Positions 36,483-46,672 of a stretch of DNA of 52,413 bases are shown here, piece by piece. The stretch is from assembly GCA_934149115.1 (NCBI GenBank), contig CAKPDW010000001.1, forward strand, positions 1 through 52,413. The letters run 5' to 3'. Source of the stretch: an uncultured Clostridia bacterium (lineage in GTDB: Bacteria; Bacillota; Clostridia; TANB77; CAG-508). The translations under genes and the position numbers were made by a program. The number at the start of each line of letters is the position of its first letter. Position 1 is the stretch's first letter. The notes beneath the pieces are model-generated. The model ran no database searches. It was not told the origin of the DNA and saw nothing but the letters and a program-made list of their open reading frames with translations.

Positions 36483-37406
36483 ATGGAAATAAGCGATAAA
36501 GAATTAGAAGTAGGAAAAAAAATAGCTACAAAAATTCGTGTACCTAAGAAAGTGAGAGAAAAAATATATACAAAAGTTTTTATAGAGTTTGGAATGGCTA
36601 TATTAGTTTTTGTTTATTTTATTTTTATTAATTTAGGTTATATAAAATTAGATAGACAGGTTTTTAAAGAAGATTTACATTCATTTGCTGGATTCTTTAT
36701 AGTTTTTACTGTTATAATTTTTGAAATTGCGTATAAAAAAGATAGTGGGTTAATAGCTATGCGAGGTGTGGAAGTTCTTGTGCTTAGTATATTGACTTTA
36801 TTTATGCCATATGTTTATTTTTATAGAAGTGCGGCACTAAAATTTTTATATTCTTTTTCTGCTATGTATATCGGAATTTATTATTCTATTAAAGCTTTGA
36901 TTGTATATGAGTTGGAAATTAGAAAATATAAATATGGATTAAGTGATATAAAAGAAATTGTATTTGATAGTGATGAATCATATTTAGATGAAGAAAATGA
37001 AAAAAGATTTGAAGAAAATGAACAAGAGTATGAAAGTATTACTAGAAAAATGAAAACTAAGAAAAGAATAATGGCAATTGTTAATGAGGACAGGAAAAGA
37101 AAGAGAGTTGTTAATACTCCCAAAAAAGCAGTAAAAAAAGAAGTAGAGAAAAAAACACAAGAAAAGCCTGTTGAAATAGAGAGAAAGAAAGTAGTCAAAA
37201 AAGTTAGTCAAAAAATAGAAAAAGAACCTGTAAAAGCAGAAAAAAAGGTTGTAAAAAAGACTGTTATAAAGAATGAAAAAGAAAAAAAGGTTACTAAGCC
37301 AAAAACAACTGCAAAACGTGGGAGAGGTAGACCAAAAAAGAAAACAAAAGTTGAGGTTAAATCTTTAGCTACTGCAGGTAGAAGAAAAAAAGAGAATGGA
37401 GATTAA
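36483..37406 (+). CDS. Hypothetical polytopic membrane protein with a long Lys-rich C-terminal tail ending in an AT-hook-like motif
   Basis: About four TM helices, then a KKxVKK-rich tail containing AKRGRGRPKKK. The alternative GTG start at 36465 overlaps the rsmE stop. Confidence 0.65.
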   Translation: MEISDKELEVGKKIATKIRVPKKVREKIYTKVFIEFGMAILVFVYFIFINLGYIKLDRQVFKEDLHSFAGFFIVFTVIIFEIAYKKDSGLIAMRGVEVLVLSILTLFMPYVYFYRSAALKFLYSFSAMYIGIYYSIKALIVYELEIRKYKYGLSDIKEIVFDSDESYLDEENEKRFEENEQEYESITRKMKTKKRIMAIVNEDRKRKRVVNTPKKAVKKEVEKKTQEKPVEIERKKVVKKVSQKIEKEPVKAEKKVVKKTVIKNEKEKKVTKPKTTAKRGRGRPKKKTKVEVKSLATAGRRKKENGD

Positions 37407-37412
37407 TAAAAA

Positions 37413-38291
37413 ATGATTAGAAGTATGACAGGATTTGGGAGAGCTAAGTTTGAGTGCGAGGGTAGAGAATATAGTGTTGAGATAAAATCTGTTAATCATA
37501 AATATAGTGATATTTCTATAAGATTACCAAAACAGATTTCATATTTAGAAGAAAATATTAGAAAACAAATTGCTTCTAAAATTTTTAGAGGAAAAATTGA
37601 TGTTTTTATTAATATGCTAGATTATAGCGAAAAAGGGAAAAATATTAAAATTAATAAAGAACTTGCTAAAGTATATATTTCTCAATTAAAAGAATTAGCA
37701 GAAGAAACTGGAGTTGCGTATGATCTTGGAATTACTGAAGTATCTAAGTTTCCAGAGGTTTTAAATATTACAAACGAAGAAAATGAAGAAATTTATTGGA
37801 ATGAAATATCACAGGTTTTAGATATTGCACTTGATAATTTTATTTCGATGAGAGAGGCAGAAGGAAAGAAAATCTGTGAGGATATAAGGGTAAGAATAGA
37901 ACGTATAAAAGAAAAAGTTTTGGAAATTTCATCGTATTCTGCTGGACTTATAGAGGAATATATAGTAAAATTAAATACGAGAGTAAAAGAACTAATGAAT
38001 ACAGATATTGTAGATGAGAATAGATTAGCACAAGAAATAGTTATTTTTGCAGATAAATCATCTATACAGGAAGAACTAACAAGATTAAATAGTCATATTG
38101 CTCAATTTTTAAATTTAATAGAAGAAGGTAGTGCACCAACAGGAAAAAAATTTGATTTTATAATTCAAGAAATGAACAGAGAAGTAAATACTATTGGTTC
38201 AAAAGCAAATAGTACAGATATTTCTAGATGTGTTATTGAATTAAAAACAGAAATTGAGGATGTGAGAGAACAAGTTCAGAATATTGAATAG
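37413..38291 (+). CDS. yicC: YicC family stress-induced protein (endoribonuclease YicC/YloC)
   Basis: MTGFGRA N-terminus, C-terminal [13 protein letters not shown] motif, and conserved yloC-remA-gmk-rpoZ neighbourhood. Confidence 0.9.
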   Translation: MIRSMTGFGRAKFECEGREYSVEIKSVNHKYSDISIRLPKQISYLEENIRKQIASKIFRGKIDVFINMLDYSEKGKNIKINKELAKVYISQLKELAEETGVAYDLGITEVSKFPEVLNITNEENEEIYWNEISQVLDIALDNFISMREAEGKKICEDIRVRIERIKEKVLEISSYSAGLIEEYIVKLNTRVKELMNTDIVDENRLAQEIVIFADKSSIQEELTRLNSHIAQFLNLIEEGSAPTGKKFDFIIQEMNREVNTIGSKANSTDISRCVIELKTEIEDVREQVQNIE

Positions 38292-38305
38292 AAAGGGAGA
38301 TGCTT

Positions 38306-38554
38306 ATGCAATTAATAAATATAGGTTTTGGAAATATAGTTTCTGCCAATAGAATAATCTCTATAGTGAGTCCTGAGTCTGCACCGATAAAAAGATTGGT
38401 TCAAGAAGCAAAAGATTCAAAAATGGCAATTGATGCTACATACGGAAGAAGAACGAGAGCTGTTATTATTATGGATTCTGGACATGTTATATTGTCTGCA
38501 GTTCAACCAGAAACGGTAGCAGGTAGATTAGATAAAGAAACAGTTGATGAATAA
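38306..38554 (+). CDS. remA: RemA/YlzA (DUF370) regulator
   Basis: [35 protein letters not shown]...[29 protein letters not shown] is near-canonical RemA. Confidence 0.9.
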   Translation: MQLINIGFGNIVSANRIISIVSPESAPIKRLVQEAKDSKMAIDATYGRRTRAVIIMDSGHVILSAVQPETVAGRLDKETVDE

Positions 38555-38580
38555 ATTAAAAAATAAGGAGGCGTATTATT

Positions 38581-38856
38581 ATGATGGTAAAACCTACAGT
38601 AAATGAGTTACTAGAAAAAGTAGATGACAGATATAGATTAGTTTTAGTAACTTCAAAAAGAGCAAGACAACTTGCAGAAGGTGCTGAGCCTTTAACTGAT
38701 AAACATGAAGACAGCTTTGTTACTCTTGCAGCACAAGAAATTGCTGAGGGAAAAGTTATTGACCTTGAAGATGAAAAAAGACTTCAAGAAGAAGCAAGTG
38801 AAGAAAATAAAGAAAACAACAATGAATCAAATGATGAAACTAAAGTTGAAGAATAA
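38581..38856 (+). CDS. rpoZ: DNA-directed RNA polymerase subunit omega
   Basis: PTVNELLEKVDDRYRLVLVTSKRARQL, followed by an acidic tail. Confidence 0.9.
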   Translation: MMVKPTVNELLEKVDDRYRLVLVTSKRARQLAEGAEPLTDKHEDSFVTLAAQEIAEGKVIDLEDEKRLQEEASEENKENNNESNDETKVEE

Positions 38857-38908
38857 TATTTTTCTGTGCAATGTTTAGTAAAGCAATTTTTGTGTAGGGG
38901 GAAAAGAT

Positions 38909-39484
38909 ATGTTACTTATATTATCTGGAGTAGCGGGAGCAGGAAAAGATACAATAAAAAAAGAATTAATAAAAAGAATGGAAAATGTTGAATCATTACC
39001 TTCATATACATCTAGGCCGATGAGACCTGGTGATGTAGAAGGTGGAACATATCATTTTGTTACTAGAGAAGAATTTGAAAAAATGCTAAGTGATGGCGAT
39101 TTTTATGAATATGATGTTCATCATAATCACTATTATGGTACTTCAAAAAAGCTTTTAAATAAAAAAATTGCAAGTGGAAAAATAATTGTAAAAGATATTG
39201 ATGTTAATGGTACAGAGCATTTAAAAGAAATTTTAAAAGATGATACTAAAGTAGTTACTATATTTTTAAAGGTGCCTAAAGAAGAATTAAGAAGAAGATT
39301 AGAAGACAGAATTGATAAACCAGGTCCTGATGAAATTAAATTAAGACTTAATAGATTTGATTATGAAGAATCAAGAATAGGTTTATATGATTATGTTTTA
39401 AAAAATAATGATTTGGAAAAAACTGTACAAATTATTATGACTATTATTGAAAATGAAGTTCGTCTTGAGGCAGAGGGAAAGTAA
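38909..39484 (+). CDS. gmk: Guanylate kinase(-like)
   Basis: P-loop SGVAGAGKDT and SYTSRPMRPGDVEGGTYHFVTREEF...YYGTSK. The P-loop is slightly atypical compared with GPSGxGK. Confidence 0.8.
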   Translation: MLLILSGVAGAGKDTIKKELIKRMENVESLPSYTSRPMRPGDVEGGTYHFVTREEFEKMLSDGDFYEYDVHHNHYYGTSKKLLNKKIASGKIIVKDIDVNGTEHLKEILKDDTKVVTIFLKVPKEELRRRLEDRIDKPGPDEIKLRLNRFDYEESRIGLYDYVLKNNDLEKTVQIIMTIIENEVRLEAEGK

Positions 39485-39577
39485 TATAATTAAATTCATG
39501 AAAGTTTGATTTTAATTTTTGTGATTCAAAAGGGCAAGAGAAATTTTCTTGCTCTTTTATGTTATATATAGTATAAA

Positions 39578-39745
39578 TTTATATAATAGAAAAGTCATGC
39601 TGACTTTTCTATTATATAAAAAATTGCACAGAAAATTTATAAAATAAATTTTCGTGCTCGAACAAATTTACTGAAAATTTCAATTTTATAGAAAAATATA
39701 AAGAGTAGAGTAAAGACTGAAAATTGAAAATTTTCAGATTTGTTC
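39578..39745 (+). repeat. 168-nt structured intergenic repeat, copy 2
   Basis: Hairpin 1 is ATATAATAGAAAAGTCA-TGC-TGACTTTTCTATTATAT (39581-39617, perfect). Hairpin 2 spans 39626-39657. The foldback GAACAAAT...ATTTGTTC spans 39660-39745. Confidence 0.9.
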
Positions 39746-39792
39746 TATGGAGAATATCAATTTTTGATGTTTAGAAAAGTTTAGGAGAGAAT

Positions 39793-42015
39793 ATGTTTGC
39801 TTCGATTTTAATTAATACAAATGCAAAGGAATTGAATAAAGTTTTTGATTATATAATTCCCAAATCTATGGAAAATATTATTTCTGTTGGGGATAGAGTT
39901 TTTGTGCCTTTTGGCAGAGGAAAAAATTTAAGTGAAGGATACGTTTCTGAAATAAAAGAAAAATCTGAATTTGCTAATAAAGAAATTGCAAGTATTGAAG
40001 ATTCAAATTTAACAGAAGAAAATATTGAACTTGCCAGATTAATGGCAGAAAAATATTTTTGTAATATTGCTGATTGTATAAAATTGATGTTGCCACCAGG
40101 CACATCAAAAAAGAATATGACTAATAGGGTTAAAGATAAAAACATTAGATTTGTATATTTGGCAAAAGAAAAGAATGAAATAAAATTTGATATTGATAAT
40201 AATTTAAAAAGTGATAAACATAAAAAATTATTAAATTTTTTGTTAGAAAATGATGGATTTGATATTTCAGAATTAGAAAGAATTACTGAAGTTAGCAAGG
40301 CTATAATGAAAACTTTGGAGAAAAATGGTTATATAAAAATTATTAGTCAAAAGGTTGAAAGGAATCCTTTACAAAATAAGAAAATAATTAGAGATGAAAA
40401 GTTAGAATTAAATGATGAACAACAAGAAGTATATGACCAAGTTGAGTTTATGATTGAAAATGATGAGTTTGCTGAATTCTTGTTAAAAGGTATTACAGGT
40501 TCTGGAAAGACAGAAGTATATTTACAACTAATAGATAAAGTTATTGAAATGGAGAAAAGAGCATTGGTATTAGTTCCAGAAATATCTTTGACACCACAGA
40601 TTATAGATAGATTTTTAGCTAGATTTGGTGAGTGTATAGCTGTATTACATAGTAAATTATCTGATGGTGAAAGATATGATGAATGGAACAAAATAAAAAA
40701 TGGTAATGCTAAAATTATAATTGGAGCACGTTCAGCTATTTTTGCACCAATTAGTAATTTAGGAATAATTATAATTGATGAGGCTCATGATAATTCATAT
40801 AAGTCTGATATGACTCCTAGGTATAATGCTAAAGATATTGCTAAATTTATTGCAAAGAAAAATAATATACCATTGATATTAGGAACAGCAACACCAGATG
40901 TTTGTGATTATTATAAGGCTTTAAAGCATGATAAAGAACTTGTAGAACTTAATAAAAGAGCAAATCAAGCGCAATTGCCTGAAATAGAAGTTGTAGATAT
41001 GAGAAATGAGTTAGCTCTAGGAAATAGGTCTATGTTTAGTTTGAAATTACAAGAAGCAATTTCAGAAAATTTAAAATCAAAAGCACAAACTATTCTTTTT
41101 ATAAATAGAAGGGGTTATTCTACTTTTGTTATGTGCCGTGATTGCGGTTATGTAGTTAAATGTCACAATTGTAATATTGCTATGACATATCATAGTTTTG
41201 GAAATAAATTAAAATGTCATTATTGTGGCTATGAAATTCCTGTTGTAAAAACATGTCCAGAATGTAAGAGTTCAAAAATAAAGTATTTTGGAACAGGAAC
41301 CCAAAAGGTTGAAAATGAGATTTTAAAAATGTTTCCTGAGGCATCAACAATAAGAATGGACATTGATACAGTAAGTAAGAAAAATTCTCATGAAAATATT
41401 TTAAATAAATTTAAAAATGAAAATATAGATATATTGATTGGTACACAAATGATTGTTAAAGGGCATCATTTCCCTAATGTAACTCTTGTTGGTGTAATTG
41501 CAGCTGATGGAACTTTAAATATTGGAGATTATAGAGCAGAGGAAAGAACTTTTCAGACAATTACTCAGGTTGCTGGTAGAGCAGGTCGTGGAACTGAAAA
41601 AGGAAAAGTAATTGTCCAAACATATAATCCTGATAATTATGCCATTGTTTGTGGACAGAAACAAGATTATGAAAAATTTTATGATGGAGAAATCTTACTT
41701 AGAAAAAGGTTGAATTATCCACCTTTCTGCGATATAATATTGGTCAGAATTCACGGAGAAGATATTGAAAATGTGAAAAAAATTTCACAAGAATTATATA
41801 TGAATTTAGTAAAAGAAAAAAATGAAAATTTATTTATATACAAACCAGTTCCATCTCCAATTGATAGAATTCAAAATGTTTTTAGATGGAGGATTGTAAT
41901 AAAAGGAAAGCTGAATAGAAAAGCAATTTTTACTATAAATAGTGCAATTAATAAATTGAATTATAGTAAAAATATTAATATATTTGTTGATACTAATCCA
42001 ACTAATATGATGTAA
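39793..42015 (+). CDS. priA: Primosomal protein N' (replication restart helicase PriA)
   Basis: GITGSGKTEVY Walker A, IIIDEAHD box, and Cys-rich zinc module CRDCGY..CHNC...CHYCGY...CPEC. Confidence 0.95.
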   Translation: MFASILINTNAKELNKVFDYIIPKSMENIISVGDRVFVPFGRGKNLSEGYVSEIKEKSEFANKEIASIEDSNLTEENIELARLMAEKYFCNIADCIKLMLPPGTSKKNMTNRVKDKNIRFVYLAKEKNEIKFDIDNNLKSDKHKKLLNFLLENDGFDISELERITEVSKAIMKTLEKNGYIKIISQKVERNPLQNKKIIRDEKLELNDEQQEVYDQVEFMIENDEFAEFLLKGITGSGKTEVYLQLIDKVIEMEKRALVLVPEISLTPQIIDRFLARFGECIAVLHSKLSDGERYDEWNKIKNGNAKIIIGARSAIFAPISNLGIIIIDEAHDNSYKSDMTPRYNAKDIAKFIAKKNNIPLILGTATPDVCDYYKALKHDKELVELNKRANQAQLPEIEVVDMRNELALGNRSMFSLKLQEAISENLKSKAQTILFINRRGYSTFVMCRDCGYVVKCHNCNIAMTYHSFGNKLKCHYCGYEIPVVKTCPECKSSKIKYFGTGTQKVENEILKMFPEASTIRMDIDTVSKKNSHENILNKFKNENIDILIGTQMIVKGHHFPNVTLVGVIAADGTLNIGDYRAEERTFQTITQVAGRAGRGTEKGKVIVQTYNPDNYAIVCGQKQDYEKFYDGEILLRKRLNYPPFCDIILVRIHGEDIENVKKISQELYMNLVKEKNENLFIYKPVPSPIDRIQNVFRWRIVIKGKLNRKAIFTINSAINKLNYSKNINIFVDTNPTNMM

Positions 42016-42050
42016 TAAAATAGTAATTTAGAAAGGGATGAAAATTAGAA

Positions 42051-42533
42051 ATGGCAATACGTTCATTAAGATACGAAGGCGATGAAATATTAAGAAAAAA
42101 ATCAAGAAAAATTGAGGTAATAGATGATAGAATTAAGGAACTAGCTGAAGATATGTTTGATACAATGCACAAATTTGATGGACTTGGATTGGCAGGCGTA
42201 CAAGTTGGGATATTAAAAAGAATTATTGTAATTGATTTGTATGATGATGTTTCTAAATTTTGTTTAATAAATCCAGAAATTGTCGAAAAGTCAGAAGAAA
42301 CAGCTGAAGTTGAGGAAGGATGTTTAAGTTATCCTAATCAATTTGGGAAAGTTGTAAGGTCTGTAAAAGTTAAAGTTAAAGCTTTAGATTTAGATGGAAA
42401 AAAGGTTACTTTGGAAGCAGAAGGGCTTTTAGCACAAGCATTACAACATGAGATAGATCATTTGAATGGGGAGGTTTTTAAAGATAAAATTTTACCAGGA
42501 ACTTTTGAGATAATTACTCCTCAAGATAAATAG
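42051..42533 (+). CDS. def: Peptide deformylase
   Basis: GLAGVQVG, EGCLSYP and QHEIDHLNG motifs. Confidence 0.95.
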   Translation: MAIRSLRYEGDEILRKKSRKIEVIDDRIKELAEDMFDTMHKFDGLGLAGVQVGILKRIIVIDLYDDVSKFCLINPEIVEKSEETAEVEEGCLSYPNQFGKVVRSVKVKVKALDLDGKKVTLEAEGLLAQALQHEIDHLNGEVFKDKILPGTFEIITPQDK

Positions 42534-42547
42534 AAAGAGGTGATTAG

Positions 42548-43483
42548 ATGAGAATTGTTTTTATGGGAACTCCAGATTTTGCAAGGGATTCATTGAGAGC
42601 CATTGTAGAAGCTGGACATGAAATTGAATTAGTAATTACAAATCCAGATAAAATGAAAGGTAGAGGTATGAAAAAATCTTTTTCTGAGGTTAAAGAATAT
42701 GCTTTAGAAAAAGGTTTACCAATTGAGCAACCTCTAAAAGTAAGAAATAATCAAGAATTAGTTGATAAACTAAAAGAGTTAAATCCTGATGTAATATGTG
42801 TTGTTGCATATGGAAAAATTATTCCTAAAGAAATATTAGAAATACCTAAATATGGGTGTATAAATGTTCATGGTTCATTATTGCCTAAATATAGAGGTGC
42901 TGCTCCAATTCAATGGTCTGTTCTAAATGGAGATAAAGAAACTGGCGTTACTACAATGTTTATGGATGAGGGAATGGATACTGGTGATATGATTGAAAAA
43001 GAAAAGCTTCAGATAGGTGAAGATGAGACTACTGGAGAGTTATGGGATAGAATGTCTGAACTTGGTGCAAAAATGTTAGTATCTACTTTAGAAAAATTGG
43101 AAAGTGGAAATTATAAAAGAGAAAAGCAATCTGATGATTTTTCTGTTGCACCTATGTTAAAAAAAGAAATGGCTAGAATTGATTGGAACAAAGATGATTC
43201 TGCAAAAATAAAGAATTTAGTTAGAGGATTAAATCCTTTTATGGGTGCTTTTTCATTTTTAAATGATAAAAAAATTAAATTTTGGAAAGTAAAAATTATT
43301 AATGAAAAATTTGATGAAAAACCTGGAACAGTTATTATGGCTGACGAGAAAAAAGGATTAATTATTTCAACTTTAGATGGAGCAATTTCAGTTTTGGAAA
43401 TTCAAGGTGAAAATGCTAGAAAAATGCCATTTTCAGATTATTTAAGAGGTAATAAGATTTTAAGTGGTGATATATTCAAATAA
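42548..43483 (+). CDS. fmt: Methionyl-tRNA formyltransferase
   Basis: MRIVFMGTPDFA, HGSLLPKYRGAAPIQ, and def-fmt synteny. Confidence 0.95.
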   Translation: MRIVFMGTPDFARDSLRAIVEAGHEIELVITNPDKMKGRGMKKSFSEVKEYALEKGLPIEQPLKVRNNQELVDKLKELNPDVICVVAYGKIIPKEILEIPKYGCINVHGSLLPKYRGAAPIQWSVLNGDKETGVTTMFMDEGMDTGDMIEKEKLQIGEDETTGELWDRMSELGAKMLVSTLEKLESGNYKREKQSDDFSVAPMLKKEMARIDWNKDDSAKIKNLVRGLNPFMGAFSFLNDKKIKFWKVKIINEKFDEKPGTVIMADEKKGLIISTLDGAISVLEIQGENARKMPFSDYLRGNKILSGDIFK

Positions 43484-43541
43484 AGGTTGTAAAAAAAGTT
43501 CTTAATTGATATACTATTAAAAGATTAAGGAGGATTTGCAA

Positions 43542-43925
43542 ATGGATGAAGAAAAAGAATTAACAGAAGTTAATGTTGAAAATTCTGAAGGAGAGGGAAT
43601 TCGTATTGCAAATGATGTAATTGCTGCAATTGCTAATAAAGCAGCTTCAGAAGTCCCAGGAGTTTTTAGTATGTCTGGAGGTATTTCAGATGTTTTTGGG
43701 AAAAAGATGTCAAAAGGAATTAAAGTTGAGGCAGGAGAAAAAAATACTAAAATAGATGTTAATATTATTGTTGAATATGGAGTAAGAATTCCAGATATTG
43801 CATTTGAAATTCAAAATAGAGTTAAAAAAGCAGTTGAATCTATGACAGGATTAAGTGTTTTGGAAGTTAATGTTCATGTTCAAGGTGTTAATTTATCAGA
43901 AGATAATAACGAAGAAAATGATTAA
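43542..43925 (+). CDS. Asp23/Gls24 family envelope stress protein
   Basis: IANDVIAAIANKAASEVPGV...VNIIVEYGVRIPDIAFEIQNRVKKAVESMTGL. The ATG follows AAGGAGGA. Confidence 0.85.
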   Translation: MDEEKELTEVNVENSEGEGIRIANDVIAAIANKAASEVPGVFSMSGGISDVFGKKMSKGIKVEAGEKNTKIDVNIIVEYGVRIPDIAFEIQNRVKKAVESMTGLSVLEVNVHVQGVNLSEDNNEEND

Positions 43926-43946
43926 TTATAAAAAGGAGATTAAGAT

Positions 43947-44489
43947 ATGAGATTAGTTGAAAGATTTAGTATGATAGTTTTTTCAGTCATAGTTTTAATT
44001 TTGTCAGGATTTACGATATTAGTCAGCACAGATATTGTTAGCATTGATTTTTTAGAAAGCATTGTAGATGTTCTTTCTGAAAATATTGTACTTACAGTAT
44101 GTATTTGCATAATTTTTGTGTTATGGTCAATTGCTAATATATTTTTTAGAAGTGATTCAAAGGGTGAAAACTCAAATGGTGTTTTACTAGAAAATGCAAA
44201 TGGTTCATTACTTATTACTAAAGATTCAATTTCAAATTTAGTTGAATCAGTATTAAAAAAGAATCAAGATATTAAAGAGTCAAGTGTAAAAATAGAAATT
44301 GATGAAAATAAAGATGTTATAATAAATATTATAGCTGTTATAAAGGATAATGTTGTTATAAAAGATACTTCATCAAAATTACAAGAGAATATAAAATTGG
44401 CTATTAAGAAAGCAACAGATCTTGATGTTACAAATGTTAATATAAAAATAAAAAGTGTTGAACAAGAAAAGAAGACTGCTGTACAATAA
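43947..44489 (+). CDS. Alkaline shock response membrane anchor protein AmaP-like
   Basis: Two N-terminal TM helices followed by an Asp23-like soluble part. It sits directly downstream of asp23, as in known asp23 operons. Confidence 0.65.
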   Translation: MRLVERFSMIVFSVIVLILSGFTILVSTDIVSIDFLESIVDVLSENIVLTVCICIIFVLWSIANIFFRSDSKGENSNGVLLENANGSLLITKDSISNLVESVLKKNQDIKESSVKIEIDENKDVIINIIAVIKDNVVIKDTSSKLQENIKLAIKKATDLDVTNVNIKIKSVEQEKKTAVQ

Positions 44490-44501
44490 AGGAGTGATTT
44501 T

Positions 44502-44705
44502 ATGGAAAAATTCTTACAATTTATAGTTGAAAATAAATATCCAATTATAGGATTATTAGTTGCTTTGATTCTTATTCTTACAGGATTGTATAAATTAATT
44601 ATTCCTATTGCTTTAATTATTTTGGGTGTTTATGGTGGAATATATTTTCAAAAGAATAAAGAAGATGTAAAGGATAAAATAAAAAATTTTATTGATAAAT
44701 TATAA
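44502..44705 (+). CDS. DUF2273 small integral membrane protein
   Basis: 67 aa with two TM helices. It is the third gene of a typical asp23-amaP-DUF2273 operon. Confidence 0.6.
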   Translation: MEKFLQFIVENKYPIIGLLVALILILTGLYKLIIPIALIILGVYGGIYFQKNKEDVKDKIKNFIDKL

Positions 44706-44717
44706 AAGGAGTAGATT

Positions 44718-45116
44718 ATGAATAGGTCAGCAATGAGAGAACTTGCTTTTAAAGCAATATATGGAATGGAAGTTCAAAAGGAGTATTCTAAGGAACAACT
44801 TGATTTGTTTATTGAGGATAATGATGTAAAAGATGATGGAGCTATTGAGTACATAACTTCTGTTTTTGAAGGAATTGAAAAAAATGAAAAGGAAATTTTG
44901 GAGTTGATTTCTTCTAACTTGAAAAGAGATTGGACGATTGACAGAATTTCTAAAGTTAATGTTGCCATTTTAAAGATTGCTATTTTTGAAATTAAGTTTA
45001 ACGAGTTACCATTTAAGGTTGTTATTAATGAGGCTGTTGAACTTGCTAAAAAGTATGGTGATGAAGCGGCACCTCTTTTTGTTAATGGAGTTTTGGGAAG
45101 TATTGTTAATCAGTAA
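44718..45116 (+). CDS. nusB: Transcription antitermination factor NusB
   Basis: RSAMRELAFKAIYGMEV...ILKIAIFEI...VVINEAVELAKKYG pattern. Confidence 0.92.
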   Translation: MNRSAMRELAFKAIYGMEVQKEYSKEQLDLFIEDNDVKDDGAIEYITSVFEGIEKNEKEILELISSNLKRDWTIDRISKVNVAILKIAIFEIKFNELPFKVVINEAVELAKKYGDEAAPLFVNGVLGSIVNQ

Positions 45117-45125
45117 TGAAAAGTA

Positions 45126-45165
45126 GTGGATTGAAGATATTGTTCAATCCACGTTTGTGTGTTGT
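45126..45165 (+). terminator. Intrinsic terminator-like hairpin after nusB
   Basis: GTGGATTGAA (45126-45135) pairs with TTCAATCCAC (45143-45152), followed by a GT-rich tail. Confidence 0.55.
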
Positions 45166-45223
45166 GGTTTGCAATGGTAGAAATATTACAAGAAATTTTT
45201 TGTATGAAAGGAATTTTGAGTGA

Positions 45224-46411
45224 ATGAGAATTGAACCAATTTCAGTTTCTGATTTGAATAAATATGTAAAGGATAAAGTGGCTAGTGATGAGTTTTTGAA
45301 AAGTGTTTTTGTTAGAGGAGAGATTTCTAATTTTAAACATCATTATACTGGTCATATGTATTTTACTTTGAAAGATGATAAGTCTTTAATTAAGTGTATT
45401 ATGTTTAAATCATCTACTCTGACATTGAATTTTGTTCCTAAAGATGGAATGAAGGTTAATGTTTTGGGAAGTGTTGCTGTTTTTGAGAGAGATGGTGTTT
45501 ATCAGATTTATTGTAAAGCAATGCAAGAAGATGGTGTTGGTGATTTATATGCTAAATTTAAAGAGTTGAAGGATAGGCTGGAAGCGGAAGGATTATTTGA
45601 AAATAGTCATAAAAAGAAAATTCCTATGATGCCTAAAATAATTGGGGTGTTGACATCAAATACTGGGGCAGTTATAAGAGATATTATTAATGTGTCTACG
45701 AGAAGAAATCCTAATTGTTATATTCGTTTGTTTCCTGTACCTGTTCAAGGGCCTGGAGCAGCAGAAAAAATTGTTGATGCTATTAAATTTATGAATGAAA
45801 AGAAGTTGGCTGATGTATTGATTTTAGCCAGAGGAGGAGGTTCATTAGAGGATTTGTGGCCTTTTAATGAAGAAATAGTTGCTAGAGCTATATATGATTC
45901 GGAACTTCCTATTATCTCTGCAGTTGGACATGAAACTGATTTTACAATAGCAGATTTTGTGGCAGATTTAAGAGCTCCAACTCCTTCAGCAGCTGCTGAA
46001 TTGGCTGTGGCTGATGTGTTTGATTTACAGGATAGAATAGGATTATATAAAAATAGATTGCAGATTTTATTGAAAAAAAAGGTTGAATTACAAAGAGCAA
46101 GATATGAAAAGTGCATAAATTCTATAATTTTTAGAGACCCTTTATATATTGTTCAAGATAAATATGTGAGTGTTGAGTCTAGTGTAAAAAATTTGGAAAA
46201 AATAATGGTTTCTAAAATGAAGGATTATAAATTAAAAACTGTTGAAAAGATTGCAATGCTTGATGCAATGAGTCCTTTGAAAACTTTAGCAAGAGGATAT
46301 AGTGTGATTGAAAAAGATGGTGGTGTTATAAAATCTGTTAAAGATGTAAATAAGGATGATATTATAAATATAAGGCTAAATGATGGAAATGTTGATGCTA
46401 AAATTATTTAA
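45224..46411 (+). CDS. xseA: Exodeoxyribonuclease VII large subunit
   Basis: N-terminal OB (VSDLNKYVK...VRGEISNFKHHYTGHMYFTLKD) and catalytic core GVLTSNTGAVIRDI...ARGGGSLEDLWPFN. Confidence 0.93.
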   Translation: MRIEPISVSDLNKYVKDKVASDEFLKSVFVRGEISNFKHHYTGHMYFTLKDDKSLIKCIMFKSSTLTLNFVPKDGMKVNVLGSVAVFERDGVYQIYCKAMQEDGVGDLYAKFKELKDRLEAEGLFENSHKKKIPMMPKIIGVLTSNTGAVIRDIINVSTRRNPNCYIRLFPVPVQGPGAAEKIVDAIKFMNEKKLADVLILARGGGSLEDLWPFNEEIVARAIYDSELPIISAVGHETDFTIADFVADLRAPTPSAAAELAVADVFDLQDRIGLYKNRLQILLKKKVELQRARYEKCINSIIFRDPLYIVQDKYVSVESSVKNLEKIMVSKMKDYKLKTVEKIAMLDAMSPLKTLARGYSVIEKDGGVIKSVKDVNKDDIINIRLNDGNVDAKII

Positions 46412-46431
46412 TATTGAAAGGATTTTGTTAA

Positions 46432-46662
46432 ATGGAAGATAAAAAAGATTTTGAACAAATGTTAGATGAATTAGAAGAAATTGTACAGTCTTTGGAAAAA
46501 GATGATTTAAAATTAGATGAATCTATTAGTAAGTTTGAAAAAGGTATGAAAATAGCAAAAGAATGTAATAAAGAAATCGAAGAAGCTGAAAAGAAAATTA
46601 CTATGTTGATTAATGAAAATGGTGAATTGAAAGAAGAAAAATTTCAAACAGAAGTTCAATAG
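46432..46662 (+). CDS. xseB: Exodeoxyribonuclease VII small subunit
   Basis: 76 aa with FEQMLDELEEIVQSLEKDDLKLDESISKFEKGMKIAKEC, located downstream of xseA. Confidence 0.88.
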   Translation: MEDKKDFEQMLDELEEIVQSLEKDDLKLDESISKFEKGMKIAKECNKEIEEAEKKITMLINENGELKEEKFQTEVQ

Positions 46663-46672
46663 GAGAAAATAA

